Assembly: GCA_964485905.1 (NCBI GenBank)
Contig: CAZAJY010000001.1
Location: forward strand, 1 to 59,097
From: an uncultured Candidatus Saccharibacteria bacterium
GTDB lineage: Bacteria; Patescibacteriota; Minisyncoccia; Phycocordibacterales; GWA1-40-21
DNA: 59,097 bases
Reading direction: 5' to 3'
Below the pieces are notes generated by a model that was not told where the DNA came from, did not search any database, and was given only the letters and a program-made list of their open reading frames with translations. Within the stretch, counting starts at the first letter, position 1. Each line of letters opens with the position of its first letter. Shown here piece by piece: positions 1 through 8,909 of the stretch. A program made the translations under genes and the position numbers.

Positions 1-131
1 TGGGTGTCCGCAGATAAACGACCAAGGTCGCTACCGATATAGAACTCCCTTAAAAATTATTTAAGCTAGAAAATACCTTAAATAACTCCTACCTTAATTA
101 TAGTCTCACATCAGTCAAAAGCAAGTAGACT

Positions 132-752
132 TTATTCCAAAATCCCGTCCAAATTTACATCATATAAAATGGCATCTTGAATCAAGCGGTAATTGAGAAC
201 TTCCTCTGGTTTAAGCCATAAGTTAATCTCATTCTCAGCTTCTTCCACTGAGCCAGAGGCATGAACAATATTACGAACAGCCCGATCATCTAAATCACAA
301 ACCTGATAAGAATCAATCATAAAATCCCCCCTAATTGTACCCACATCGGAAGTTAGCGGTTCTGTGCCGCCAGTCATTTTTCTAACGATACCAACGGCAT
401 GAGTTCCCTGCCAAACCATAGCAACAACTGGGCCACTAGTTAAATACTTGACCAGTCTCTTTAAAACCTGATCACCAATTACCAATGGATCCTCCGATGG
501 TGGCACCAGATTTTTTGCTTTATAACCAGCGATAGATTTTTCACCTACTTTTCTCAACCATTCTGGATCAAGAGTATAATGCTTTTCTGCTTGTTCGGCT
601 GTTGGCACCACCATCTTTAAAGCCACTAATTTAAGACCCATTCTTTCATAACGGCCAATCACTTCGCCAATTAAGGTTCGCTGAACGCCGTCAGGTTTGA
701 TAATGACGAATGTCTTTTCCTTTTTTATTTTTCTCGCTAATTCTGTAGTCAT
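132..752 (-). CDS. ndk: nucleoside diphosphate kinase, long form with an internal insertion
   Basis: 206-aa ORF. NDK motifs FVIIKPDGVQR and NIVHASGS are present. An insertion of about 40 aa makes it longer than the usual ~140-150 aa enzyme. Confidence 0.85.
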   Translation of the reverse strand: MTTELARKIKKEKTFVIIKPDGVQRTLIGEVIGRYERMGLKLVALKMVVPTAEQAEKHYTLDPEWLRKVGEKSIAGYKAKNLVPPSEDPLVIGDQVLKRLVKYLTSGPVVAMVWQGTHAVGIVRKMTGGTEPLTSDVGTIRGDFMIDSYQVCDLDDRAVRNIVHASGSVEEAENEINLWLKPEEVLNYRLIQDAILYDVNLDGILE

Positions 753-790
753 TCGAGTATTATACAGAAAATTTAAATTAATACAACCTA

Positions 791-3610
791 TTAAATCTTA
801 AACGGTGACATTGGTGGTACTGCTGGTGGAACTTCTTTCTTCTCATACTTCTTCATAATTTCTTCTTCTACTAAAGCTCTCTCCTTACCATATTTTAAAT
901 ATGACAATTCTTTAACCTTATCGATATGAGAACTTTCGCCTCGAGGTGGAAATGGCACAAATAAGTTAAATGGTCTAACCGGTCGGCCCGCTGACAACAG
1001 CTTGGCATAACAGTTCAAATTATCAATATTCATTAAATCTTTAGCGGAGAAGGTTGGTAAAAACTGTTTTTCTAGATATTCAGCATCCTCCGAACTGACA
1101 CGGAAAGAGGCAATAGAGCCTACGTTGCCAAAGACTGAATCCCGAATCTTTTCTTCTAATTGAGCAATAAATTGATGGGCAACAGTTAATGATAATTTAT
1201 ATTTTCTTGCTTCAGAGAAAATTGTGGAAATGGAATCGGTGGTGACATTTTGAAATTCATCAATATAAAGGTAGAAAGGTGGCAAATCTTTGCCTAATGA
1301 GTCTACTCGGGATAGTGCAGCCATTAAAATCTTACCAACAATAATTAGACCAATTAAGTTAGCATTAATATCTCCTAATCTTCCCTTAGAAAGATTCACG
1401 AGAAGAATTTTTTTATTATCCATTATCTCTCGAAAGTTGAAAGCTGATTTTTCTTGAGCAATAATTGGTCGCATAATATCATTCTGCAAAAACACATCAA
1501 ACTTGCTAACAATATAGGGCACAATATTAGCCAGTGAAGCTTCACCCCCGGCTTTTTCTGCAATTTCCTTCCAGAACTGTACTACCAAAGGATTCTTGCA
1601 CTGGGAAATTTTCATATCTCGAAATTGCTTATTAGATAAAACGCGAGACACGTCCAATAAAGTATTGCCACTGGTAGGATCTTCCAAAACCAACATCACC
1701 GAATTTCTAAAATATTGCTCAAACATCGGACCACCGGCTACTTTCATATCAAACAACTTGTTAAAAATAGAAAGCATCTCATTCACGACAAAAGTTTTCT
1801 GCTCCGGATATCTGACATCATATTCCAACATATTAAGCCCCATTGGTCTGGCTGTATAACTTGGATCAAAATAAACTAAATCATCTAACCTTTCTTTTGG
1901 AACATAAGAAATAACATCCTGAATATCCGAACCATGGGGATCAATCATACAAACTCCATCACCATTTAAAATATCTTGCCGAATCATTCTTTTTAATAAA
2001 GTCGTTTTACCAGTACCAGTCTGGCCAATAATATAGAAATGACGCAAGCGATCTTCTGGCGACATAAAAATCTCCGTCTCAATATTGCGATGAATATTCT
2101 GACCAAGTGAAATACCAATTTTTTGCAAATCCAATGGCGCTTGACCGGTGCCCGCCTTACTCTGTTTAAGTTGTGAAGTGCCCAAAATCTCATTCTCCGG
2201 TAAATGCATAATGGTCGTAATTTCCCGTAAATTTAATGGCATTTTTTGTCCATCCCGAAATACACGAAAGGAAAACTCCCGAAATAACTGCCTTAATTCT
2301 CCTCCTTGAGGCCTGTTGAAAGAAATTTTATTACTACCAGTATTTTCAAATTGATTAAATGCGGATTCTAAATCTGATAAAATGGATGTTGCCTCAGCTT
2401 CGGTCCTAGCCGAAGCAATAATTCTAATATTTGTCTCCACGGTTGGGGCAGCAATTTTATTATTCATATTTTCCAAAACCTTTTTATCCATTTCCAAAGA
2501 TTTTTGATCAGCTAAACCTTTTTCTTTATCTTTCTCTTTCTTCTGACCAGAAAAACCATCGGCGATTTCCTTAAAAACTTTTTTTGTTTCTCCAAAGAAT
2601 GATAAACGATTCATATCAATCGCCTCTTTTAATTTCATGCCCTTAGAAAAATCCTTCAAAGCCCGTTTATAAAAACTGGTATATTTTTCTCCCACCGGCT
2701 TAAAGATAATTTGGATACCGGCCCCTTCGCCATCACGATCAATTTTAGAAAAACTATTGAGGAGAACATTTAATGGATCATAATCAAATTGCTCATAGGT
2801 CTTAAGCGGGTAGATATGATTACTATCTTGTTTAGCATAGGAACCAACCGAGATTCCTCCCTCGTTAAAAATATTATAATCATCTTTCTTTTCAAAAATC
2901 TTCGCTTCGGGGAAAATAGATAATATCTGTTTTTCAAATAAAGCCTTCTTGGTATCTGGTACAGAAATATAAAAAATAAATTCCTCACTTTTATGAGCAT
3001 TCGCTAGCTCAATAGTAAAATAATCAGGGCCATTTTTCTCAGCAGAAACTGATAACATACCCGCATAAAACTGTTCCATTTTGGAAACCAATTCTTTTAA
3101 GTTTTTCTGTTTATTCCCATTCTCATCATCATTCTGTGGTAAAGCGACTTCAAATAAAGTCATTTTTAATGCTTTGAAAAAAGGGCTCTTTTCTTGCTGA
3201 CCAGTTAAGGGTAAACCAGCTTTAATATATTGTACTAAAAAGCGATGAAAATCATCATCTAAATGAGCGTCTTTTAATCTTTCAACAATGGTCAAGGCAT
3301 TCATCAAGCCTTTGGTCTGAAGTACACCAACTAATTCTTCCATTTTACTATCATGTTCTTCGGGAGATAAATCTAGAACAATCGATTCAACTTCTTTTTT
3401 GTCTAATTTATAATCTGGATGAAGAACTTCCTCTGGTCTAGTATTCTTATAATCAATAATTTTATCGGTGATTATTTCTTCTTGAGGAACTGTCTCCCCT
3501 TTCTCCAATAAAGTTTTTTCATGCTTGGCCACCTCCCCACGCAAATAATCAAGCTCCTCTTGTGGTGAACTAAACTTCTGCTCAATTTTTTCAAATGATC
3601 CTTCTACCAT
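791..3610 (-). CDS. large P-loop NTPase of the TraD/VirD4/HerA-FtsK type, with an unassigned N-terminal half
   Basis: 939-aa ORF. Walker A is GQTGTGKTT, Walker B-like is YLYIDEFQN, followed by AHQF. No obvious N-terminal TM segment. The family call is from motif recognition only. Confidence 0.5.
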   Translation of the reverse strand: MVEGSFEKIEQKFSSPQEELDYLRGEVAKHEKTLLEKGETVPQEEIITDKIIDYKNTRPEEVLHPDYKLDKKEVESIVLDLSPEEHDSKMEELVGVLQTKGLMNALTIVERLKDAHLDDDFHRFLVQYIKAGLPLTGQQEKSPFFKALKMTLFEVALPQNDDENGNKQKNLKELVSKMEQFYAGMLSVSAEKNGPDYFTIELANAHKSEEFIFYISVPDTKKALFEKQILSIFPEAKIFEKKDDYNIFNEGGISVGSYAKQDSNHIYPLKTYEQFDYDPLNVLLNSFSKIDRDGEGAGIQIIFKPVGEKYTSFYKRALKDFSKGMKLKEAIDMNRLSFFGETKKVFKEIADGFSGQKKEKDKEKGLADQKSLEMDKKVLENMNNKIAAPTVETNIRIIASARTEAEATSILSDLESAFNQFENTGSNKISFNRPQGGELRQLFREFSFRVFRDGQKMPLNLREITTIMHLPENEILGTSQLKQSKAGTGQAPLDLQKIGISLGQNIHRNIETEIFMSPEDRLRHFYIIGQTGTGKTTLLKRMIRQDILNGDGVCMIDPHGSDIQDVISYVPKERLDDLVYFDPSYTARPMGLNMLEYDVRYPEQKTFVVNEMLSIFNKLFDMKVAGGPMFEQYFRNSVMLVLEDPTSGNTLLDVSRVLSNKQFRDMKISQCKNPLVVQFWKEIAEKAGGEASLANIVPYIVSKFDVFLQNDIMRPIIAQEKSAFNFREIMDNKKILLVNLSKGRLGDINANLIGLIIVGKILMAALSRVDSLGKDLPPFYLYIDEFQNVTTDSISTIFSEARKYKLSLTVAHQFIAQLEEKIRDSVFGNVGSIASFRVSSEDAEYLEKQFLPTFSAKDLMNIDNLNCYAKLLSAGRPVRPFNLFVPFPPRGESSHIDKVKELSYLKYGKERALVEEEIMKKYEKKEVPPAVPPMSPFKI

Positions 3611-3619
3611 TTGAAGGAA

Positions 3620-4393
3620 TTATACCATAGTCAAAATTTCAGCACCATCTTTAGTGACGACAATAGTATGTTCAAAATGGGCGCTACGTTTACCATCAGC
3701 TGTCTTATAAGTCCAACCATCAGCATCTAATTTTATATGTTTTGATCCTTCATTCAACATCGGCTCCAGAGCCAGCACCATTCCAACCTTTAATCTCTCC
3801 CCCTTATCTTCTAAACAATAGTTGGGGACGTAGGGATCTTCATGAACTTTATAACCAACCCCATGTCCACATAATTCTTCTACAATTCCCAATCTTTTCG
3901 GCCGAACAAATCTTTCAATAGCATAACTAATATCCCGAATGTGTTTACCCTCTTTAATTGCTTTAATTCCGACCACTAAAGCCTGTTTTGTCGTTTCAAT
4001 TAAATTTTTTCCCACTTCATTTACTTCGCCCACCCCGACAGTAATAGCATGATCAGTAAAAAGTCCTCTATGTTCTAAGCCCATATCCAAAGAAACAATG
4101 TCACCATCTTTCAAAATCTTGGGTGATTCATTTGGTATGCCGTGAACAATTTCATCATTAATAGAAACACAAAGAGAGGCTGGATAGGGTCGCTTCATCC
4201 CTGCCGGTTTATAATTCAAAAAAGCGCTTTTATCTCCACCTTCCTCTACCAACTTTTGAGCTAAATCATTTAAATCAGAGGTAGAGATACCCGGCTTAAT
4301 GGCCTTAGCAATTTCACTCAAAATAAGGGCTAATCTCTTGCCCCCCTCCCTTAATATCTCTATTTCCTCTTTAGTCTTAATGGTTACGGACAT
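3620..4393 (-). CDS. map: methionine aminopeptidase type I
   Basis: 257 aa with the metal-ligand context DIVSLDMG, HGVGYKVHEDP, LEPM, FEHTIVVT. It sits after adk as in spc-alpha clusters. Confidence 0.9.
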   Translation of the reverse strand: MSVTIKTKEEIEILREGGKRLALILSEIAKAIKPGISTSDLNDLAQKLVEEGGDKSAFLNYKPAGMKRPYPASLCVSINDEIVHGIPNESPKILKDGDIVSLDMGLEHRGLFTDHAITVGVGEVNEVGKNLIETTKQALVVGIKAIKEGKHIRDISYAIERFVRPKRLGIVEELCGHGVGYKVHEDPYVPNYCLEDKGERLKVGMVLALEPMLNEGSKHIKLDADGWTYKTADGKRSAHFEHTIVVTKDGAEILTMV

Positions 4394-4434
4394 AGCATTA
4401 TAGTATAGTTTTTTGCTAAAATATCAAGTAAAAT

Positions 4435-4481
4435 ACAACCTCACCCCTAACCCCTCCCCTTGACTCATGGGAGGGGAAAAA
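4435..4481. repeat. GC-rich palindromic intergenic element, copy A (hairpin GGAGGGG/CCCCTCC type)
   Basis: Sequence acaacctcacccctaacccctccccttgactcatgggaggggaaaaag. It resembles the copies at 23568, 29128, 33697 and 43568. Confidence 0.7.
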
Positions 4482-4500
4482 GAAAAAACTATCCACATAA

Positions 4501-4550
4501 ACCCTCTCCTTTTCTAAGGAGAGGGTGGCATTCTGATGACGGGTGAGGTC
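4501..4550. repeat. GC-rich palindromic intergenic element, copy B (CTCTCC-ttttctaa-GGAGAG subtype)
   Basis: Contains ccctctccttttctaaggagaggg ... gggtgaggtc, nearly the same as the copy at 27319-27362. Confidence 0.7.
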
Positions 4551-4554
4551 ATAC

Positions 4555-5151
4555 TTACCGATTTAGGCCTAATTTAGCAAGGAGCTCGCTCTGGACCTCC
4601 TCAATCGACTGCTCACCATTTATTTCAATCACATTGTAATAGGGATCACTTTTATAATAATCTACCACCGGTAAAACATCAGTTTCATACCAAGCTAAGC
4701 GACGATTAATTGACTCAACCGTATCATCTTTTCTAGCGCGACCAACTAATCTTTTTTCTGCCCAATCACGACTAACATTTACGCAAATAACGTTTGGTTT
4801 TTCAATTTCAAAAAACCTTAGAGTATCATTCAAAAGTTGTGCTTCTCTTAATTTTCTTGGAGCACCATCAAAAACTAAATTCTCTACTCCTGTAAAACTC
4901 TGTGTTAAACGATTCATCCACAATGAGACAATCACGGCCTCAGGGGCTAGGATTCCGTTTTCAATGGCAAATTTGGTCTTCTTTTGAGTAAAAGTATCGC
5001 CAGGAGCAAACTCTCTAAGCAAGGTTCCACTTTCAATATGAATTGTCTGTAGGTCTGGGTTCTGTTTAGCCAGCTCATCAATTAATAATTTGACCTGTGT
5101 CCCCTTACCACATCCACTCCGTCCAAGAAAAATAAAAGTTTTGTTTTTCAT
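4555..5151 (-). CDS. adk: adenylate kinase (short, no Zn lid)
   Basis: P-loop GRSGCGKGTQ, then DGAPRKLREAQ and RKDD motifs. I chose the internal ATG at 5151 (MKNKTFIFLG) because the longer ORF overlaps the rplE 3' end. Confidence 0.8.
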   Translation of the reverse strand: MKNKTFIFLGRSGCGKGTQVKLLIDELAKQNPDLQTIHIESGTLLREFAPGDTFTQKKTKFAIENGILAPEAVIVSLWMNRLTQSFTGVENLVFDGAPRKLREAQLLNDTLRFFEIEKPNVICVNVSRDWAEKRLVGRARKDDTVESINRRLAWYETDVLPVVDYYKSDPYYNVIEINGEQSIEEVQSELLAKLGLNR

Positions 5152-5209
5152 AATTTGCCCATTATAACATAAAAGAATCACCCAACAAGGTGATCTTTTT
5201 ATTTTTAAA

Positions 5210-5767
5210 TTATTTAGCCTTCTCTTCTTTTTTAAACGGAAAGCCAATGTAAGATAAATAGGCTTCGGCTTCTTGCTTAGTGGAAGCTGTCGTGCCGACA
5301 GTAATGGTCATACCAAAAACATCCTTTAAATCTTCATCGGCTGTTTCAGGAAAAATAGTATTTTCTTTAATTCCAATAGAATAATTCCCCATTTCATCAA
5401 CTCCCTTCTTAGACAAACCTCGAAAGTCTTTGGTTCTTGGAAAAGCCACCAAAACTAATTTATCAATAAAAGCAAACATCCCGGCTCCACGCAAAGTTAC
5501 AGTTAATCCTACTGGATCACCTTCTCTAACTTTAAAAGCCGCGATACTCTTTTTAGATCCTTTCAAGGTTGGCTTTTGACCAGAAATTTTAGTTAAACGA
5601 TCAATAATTATGTCAATTTTCTTTTTATCTTTTAGGGAGCCAATACCAACATTAATTACCACCTTAGTAAATTTAGGGGCCTGCATTGAATTTGTATAAT
5701 TCTGAGCTTCTTTTAGATGCTCAAAGGCTTTAATCTGTTTTTCTTTGGTGTTTAAAATTTTAGTCAT
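5210..5767 (-). CDS. rplE: 50S ribosomal protein L5
   Basis: 185-aa ORF in the conserved order after L24, with L5-like sequence (VVINVGIG..., FRGL...GNYSIGI). Confidence 0.92.
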   Translation of the reverse strand: MTKILNTKEKQIKAFEHLKEAQNYTNSMQAPKFTKVVINVGIGSLKDKKKIDIIIDRLTKISGQKPTLKGSKKSIAAFKVREGDPVGLTVTLRGAGMFAFIDKLVLVAFPRTKDFRGLSKKGVDEMGNYSIGIKENTIFPETADEDLKDVFGMTITVGTTASTKQEAEAYLSYIGFPFKKEEKAK

Positions 5768-5815
5768 TTCCTTTATTTATTTATCGATTCTTATGATTAG
5801 TATAATTTTTGTTTA

Positions 5816-6115
5816 TTATATTTCTTTACCGGTTTTTCGACTGATTCTAACTTTTTTATCACCCATTATTTTTTTACCAACTCTTACCCCCTTTTTTCCT
5901 TCCACGAGCATAACATTGGAAACATGAATCGGCATGGCCTTTTCAATGATCTGCCCCTTGGAATTTGATTTATTAGCTCGCTGATGCTTCTTCTTTAAAT
6001 TAATACCCTCAACTACAATCAAATTAGTCTTAGGAAAAGCCCGCACAACCTTAGCGCTTTTACCCTTATCCTTTCCAGCAATCACTATTATATTGTCATT
6101 CTTTTTAATTTTCAT
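5816..6115 (-). CDS. rplX: 50S ribosomal protein L24
   Basis: 99 aa with KOW-like motif (KKNDNIIVIAGKDKGK). Position is between L14 and L5. Confidence 0.9.
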   Translation of the reverse strand: MKIKKNDNIIVIAGKDKGKSAKVVRAFPKTNLIVVEGINLKKKHQRANKSNSKGQIIEKAMPIHVSNVMLVEGKKGVRVGKKIMGDKKVRISRKTGKEI

Positions 6116-6147
6116 TTTATTTTTTACTCTATACTCATACTAAATAC

Positions 6148-6519
6148 TTATACTATTTCGGGCGCCTTAGATGCAATACCTTGAAAACCTTTTTCAGCAA
6201 TTTCTCGTGGAATTGGACCAAAGATTCGGCCAGCTAATGGCTCCCCCTTAATCTTATCAACTATAACCACAGCGTTCTCATCAAAACGAATATATGAACC
6301 ATCCTTTCGACGATAAGCGGCACGTTGTCTAACAACGATAGCATGTAAGATATCCTTCTTTTTTACGGTCTTTCTTGGTTCAGCTTTTTGTACTGATAAA
6401 ATAACTCTCTCACCCAATTGGGCATATCTCTTTTTAGATGAACCGAGCACTTTAAAAATTCTACCAATTTTGGCTCCGGTATTATCAGCGATTATGACGA
6501 TGGATCTTGGTTGTATCAT
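6148..6519 (-). CDS. rplN: 50S ribosomal protein L14
   Basis: 123 aa starting MIQPRS..., ADNTGAK motif, operon position. Confidence 0.93.
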   Translation of the reverse strand: MIQPRSIVIIADNTGAKIGRIFKVLGSSKKRYAQLGERVILSVQKAEPRKTVKKKDILHAIVVRQRAAYRRKDGSYIRFDENAVVIVDKIKGEPLAGRIFGPIPREIAEKGFQGIASKAPEIV

Positions 6520-6531
6520 AAAATTTAAAAA

Positions 6532-6789
6532 TTATCTCTCAACAATCTTGAATCTCTTATCTTTTGATATTGGTCGAGTCTCGACTATCTCAACGATCTC
6601 ACCTAACTGGTGTTTATTACCAGCATCATGAGCCTTAAATTTCTTCTGTCTCTTTAAAAACTTACCGTATTTAGGATGTTTCGTATATCTCTCAACCAAA
6701 ACAACAGCTGTATCTTTCATTTTGATTGAAACAATTTTACCGGAAAAAATCTTACCTTCTTTATTCTTTTTTTCTGCTTTTATTTCCAT
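6532..6789 (-). CDS. rpsQ: 30S ribosomal protein S17
   Basis: 85 aa, S17-like (GKIVSIKMKDTAVVLVER...HPKYGK), operon position. Confidence 0.9.
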   Translation of the reverse strand: MEIKAEKKNKEGKIFSGKIVSIKMKDTAVVLVERYTKHPKYGKFLKRQKKFKAHDAGNKHQLGEIVEIVETRPISKDKRFKIVER

Positions 6790-6790
6790 A

Positions 6791-6967
6791 TTATTTTGTA
6801 TTTAAAACTGTCATAATTCTGGCAATATCTTTTTTAATATTTTGGCCTTCTTTTAAATTTTTAGTTTTACTTCCTGACATAGCAAAACGAAAAGTTCTCA
6901 AAGCTTCCTGTTTATCTTTTAGCATTTGCTCCAATTCTGATTCTGTTTTTTTATTTAATTCTTCCAT
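6791..6967 (-). CDS. rpmC: 50S ribosomal protein L29 (below the ORF-track length cutoff)
   Basis: Hand translation of the minus strand gives MEELNKKTESELEQMLKDKQEALRTFRFAMSGSKTKNLKEGQNIKKDIARIMTVLNTK*, 58 aa. It fills the L16-S17 gap exactly. Confidence 0.85.
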   Translation of the reverse strand: MEELNKKTESELEQMLKDKQEALRTFRFAMSGSKTKNLKEGQNIKKDIARIMTVLNTK

Positions 6968-6971
6968 AAAA

Positions 6972-7397
6972 TTATACTATTTCTCGGCTAACAACTTTAG
7001 TGTGAACCTGAATTTTTGTACCACCCTTTCTTAAAACTTCACGAGCAGCTTCTTCTGAAATACCATCAACTTCAAATAAAACACGACCGGGTCTAATTAC
7101 CGCCTGATAACCCTGTGGGTCACCCTTTCCCTTACCCATCTTCACTTCAGCTGGTTTTTGCGTATAAGGTCTATCTGGAAAGATTCTTGTCCACAGTTTT
7201 CCTGTTTTTCCTAGAGAGTGAGCTATTGTTTTTCTTGCGGCCTCAATTTCTGGTGAACGAATTCGTCCAGCAGAAATAGCTTTCAAACCAAAAGATCCAA
7301 AAGATACGAGGGTGCCCCTGGTTTCATTCCCTATTTTCTTAGGGTTTTCTCGGCCAGTCTGCCACTTTCTAAATTTTACTTTTTTGGGTAATAACAT
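6972..7397 (-). CDS. rplP: 50S ribosomal protein L16
   Basis: 141 aa starting MLLPKKVKFRK..., operon position. Confidence 0.93.
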   Translation of the reverse strand: MLLPKKVKFRKWQTGRENPKKIGNETRGTLVSFGSFGLKAISAGRIRSPEIEAARKTIAHSLGKTGKLWTRIFPDRPYTQKPAEVKMGKGKGDPQGYQAVIRPGRVLFEVDGISEEAAREVLRKGGTKIQVHTKVVSREIV

Positions 7398-7407
7398 ATT
7401 GTTTTAT

Positions 7408-8091
7408 TTATTTCATGCCTGAATTAGATCCACCTTTGACAGCAAAAATCTCTCCTTTATAAATCCAAACTTTTATACCAATATCACCATAGGTCATATG
7501 GGCTCTTTCCTGAGCATAATCAACATCGGCGCGTAAGGTCTGAAGAGGGATACGCCCTTTTTTCAAATCTTCTGATCGGGCCATTTCGGCCCCACCCAAT
7601 CTTCCACCTAAATAAATTCTTACGCCCTGCACATCGCGATTAGCCATTACTTTCTCCATAGTCTGCTTCATCACCCGACGGAAAGGCATTCTTTTTTCTA
7701 AACCTTCAGCTAACATATAAGCTACTACAGCAGCATTAGATTCTGGTGATTTTACTTCTTCAATATCTAATTTAAAGTCTAGAGGAATCTCCAACTTATT
7801 CTTGGTCATAAACTTTACAATATCATTTCTAAGTTTGACCGAACCATCACCACTACGACCAATAATTACACCCGGACGTGAAGTTTTTATAATAATACGG
7901 AAAGATTTTTGATTTCTCTCCATTTCGATTGAGGCAATGTAAAAACCACGCATTTTCTTTTCTAAATATTCACGCAATAGGATATCAGCTTTCAGAGCCT
8001 CACGAAAATTCTTATTAGAAGAAAACCATCGAGATTTCCAATCTCTAATAATTCCTAATCTATGTGAATATGGGTGAACGGAATGTGACAT
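7408..8091 (-). CDS. rpsC: 30S ribosomal protein S3
   Basis: 227 aa with a KH-domain region and GRLGGAEMAR motif. Confidence 0.93.
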   Translation of the reverse strand: MSHSVHPYSHRLGIIRDWKSRWFSSNKNFREALKADILLREYLEKKMRGFYIASIEMERNQKSFRIIIKTSRPGVIIGRSGDGSVKLRNDIVKFMTKNKLEIPLDFKLDIEEVKSPESNAAVVAYMLAEGLEKRMPFRRVMKQTMEKVMANRDVQGVRIYLGGRLGGAEMARSEDLKKGRIPLQTLRADVDYAQERAHMTYGDIGIKVWIYKGEIFAVKGGSNSGMK

Positions 8092-8095
8092 AATA

Positions 8096-8470
8096 TTATT
8101 TTTTATTTACCTTACCTTTTATCTTTTTAACTTCAGTTTCTTTGACGCCTAAAACTAAACTAATGTGGCTAGTTCTCTTTCTAATTGGAAAAGCGATGCC
8201 ACGTGCTCTTGGCATTCGACGATAAAGAATTGCGCCATTATCTACTGTTAATGATTTAACAAATAAATCCTCAACTTTCAAAGAAAAATTTGTTTTAGCA
8301 TTAGCAATTGCTGACCTAAGTAAAGAAATAATTGGATCTGAGGCTCTCTTAATTGTAAAAGTTAAAATATCAATCGCCTCTTCTGCTTTTTTACCACGAA
8401 TAAGACCGGCCACTAAACGGACTTTTCTTGGAGACTGTCTATAATCATTTAATTGGGCTGTGATATTCAT
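8096..8470 (-). CDS. rplV: 50S ribosomal protein L22
   Basis: 124 aa with SPRKVRLVAGLIRGK motif. Confidence 0.9.
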   Translation of the reverse strand: MNITAQLNDYRQSPRKVRLVAGLIRGKKAEEAIDILTFTIKRASDPIISLLRSAIANAKTNFSLKVEDLFVKSLTVDNGAILYRRMPRARGIAFPIRKRTSHISLVLGVKETEVKKIKGKVNKK

Positions 8471-8502
8471 TTTGTTTTTATACTAAATACTTATACTATA
8501 TA

Positions 8503-8856
8503 CTACTTCTTCGCTTCACCCTTAGCCTCAACAGACGCCTTAGCTGACTGAGCGGCGCTAATTTCAGCCTCCTTCAATTTAGTATCTATATCTTTCTGCA
8601 TCTTTCCTCCATGACGATGGAATTTCTTTGTATGAGAAAATTCACCTAATCTATGACCAACCATATCTTCTGTAACCAAAACCTCTAAATGCTCACGGCC
8701 ATTATGAACACCAAAGTTGAAACCAACCATTTCAGGAGCAATTTGAGCTCGCCTTGACCATGTCTTAATTACGCCAGTTTCAATAGGCTTTTTACCCTCT
8801 ATTTTTTTTAGAAGTCTTTCATCTACATATGGGCCTTTTTTGATTGATCGTGGCAT
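8503..8856 (-). CDS. rpsS: 30S ribosomal protein S19 with a C-terminal Lys/Ala/Glu-rich tail
   Basis: Starts [12 protein letters not shown] and contains HNGREH...GHRLGEF. About 25 extra C-terminal residues. Confidence 0.9.
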   Translation of the reverse strand: MPRSIKKGPYVDERLLKKIEGKKPIETGVIKTWSRRAQIAPEMVGFNFGVHNGREHLEVLVTEDMVGHRLGEFSHTKKFHRHGGKMQKDIDTKLKEAEISAAQSAKASVEAKGEAKK

Positions 8857-8909
8857 ATTTTTTATTTAAACATGAAGCGTTATATTAACAAAATTTCGTA
8901 AAAAGTCAA

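Noticed and set aside
1-131. Possible RNA gene or 5' gene fragment at the window start (a promoter-like TTGCTT-16-TATAAT on the minus strand around 75-103, followed by moderately G+C-rich sequence running off the edge)
   Set aside because: It is too short and truncated to identify. I recognised no match to tmRNA, RNase P, SRP or rRNA termini.
4555-5247. Long N-terminal extensions of several ORF-track entries (adk to 5247, rplB to 9773, rplW to 10071, rplD to 10916, pilin to 19954, rnhA to 23570, target 1 to 24401, recJ to 29138, rsmE to 44124, 48460 ORF to 48966, yraN to 49618)
   Set aside because: The extensions overlap upstream genes or repeats, or add non-conserved residues. Internal starts align with the conserved N-termini of the families or with RBS-like sequences.
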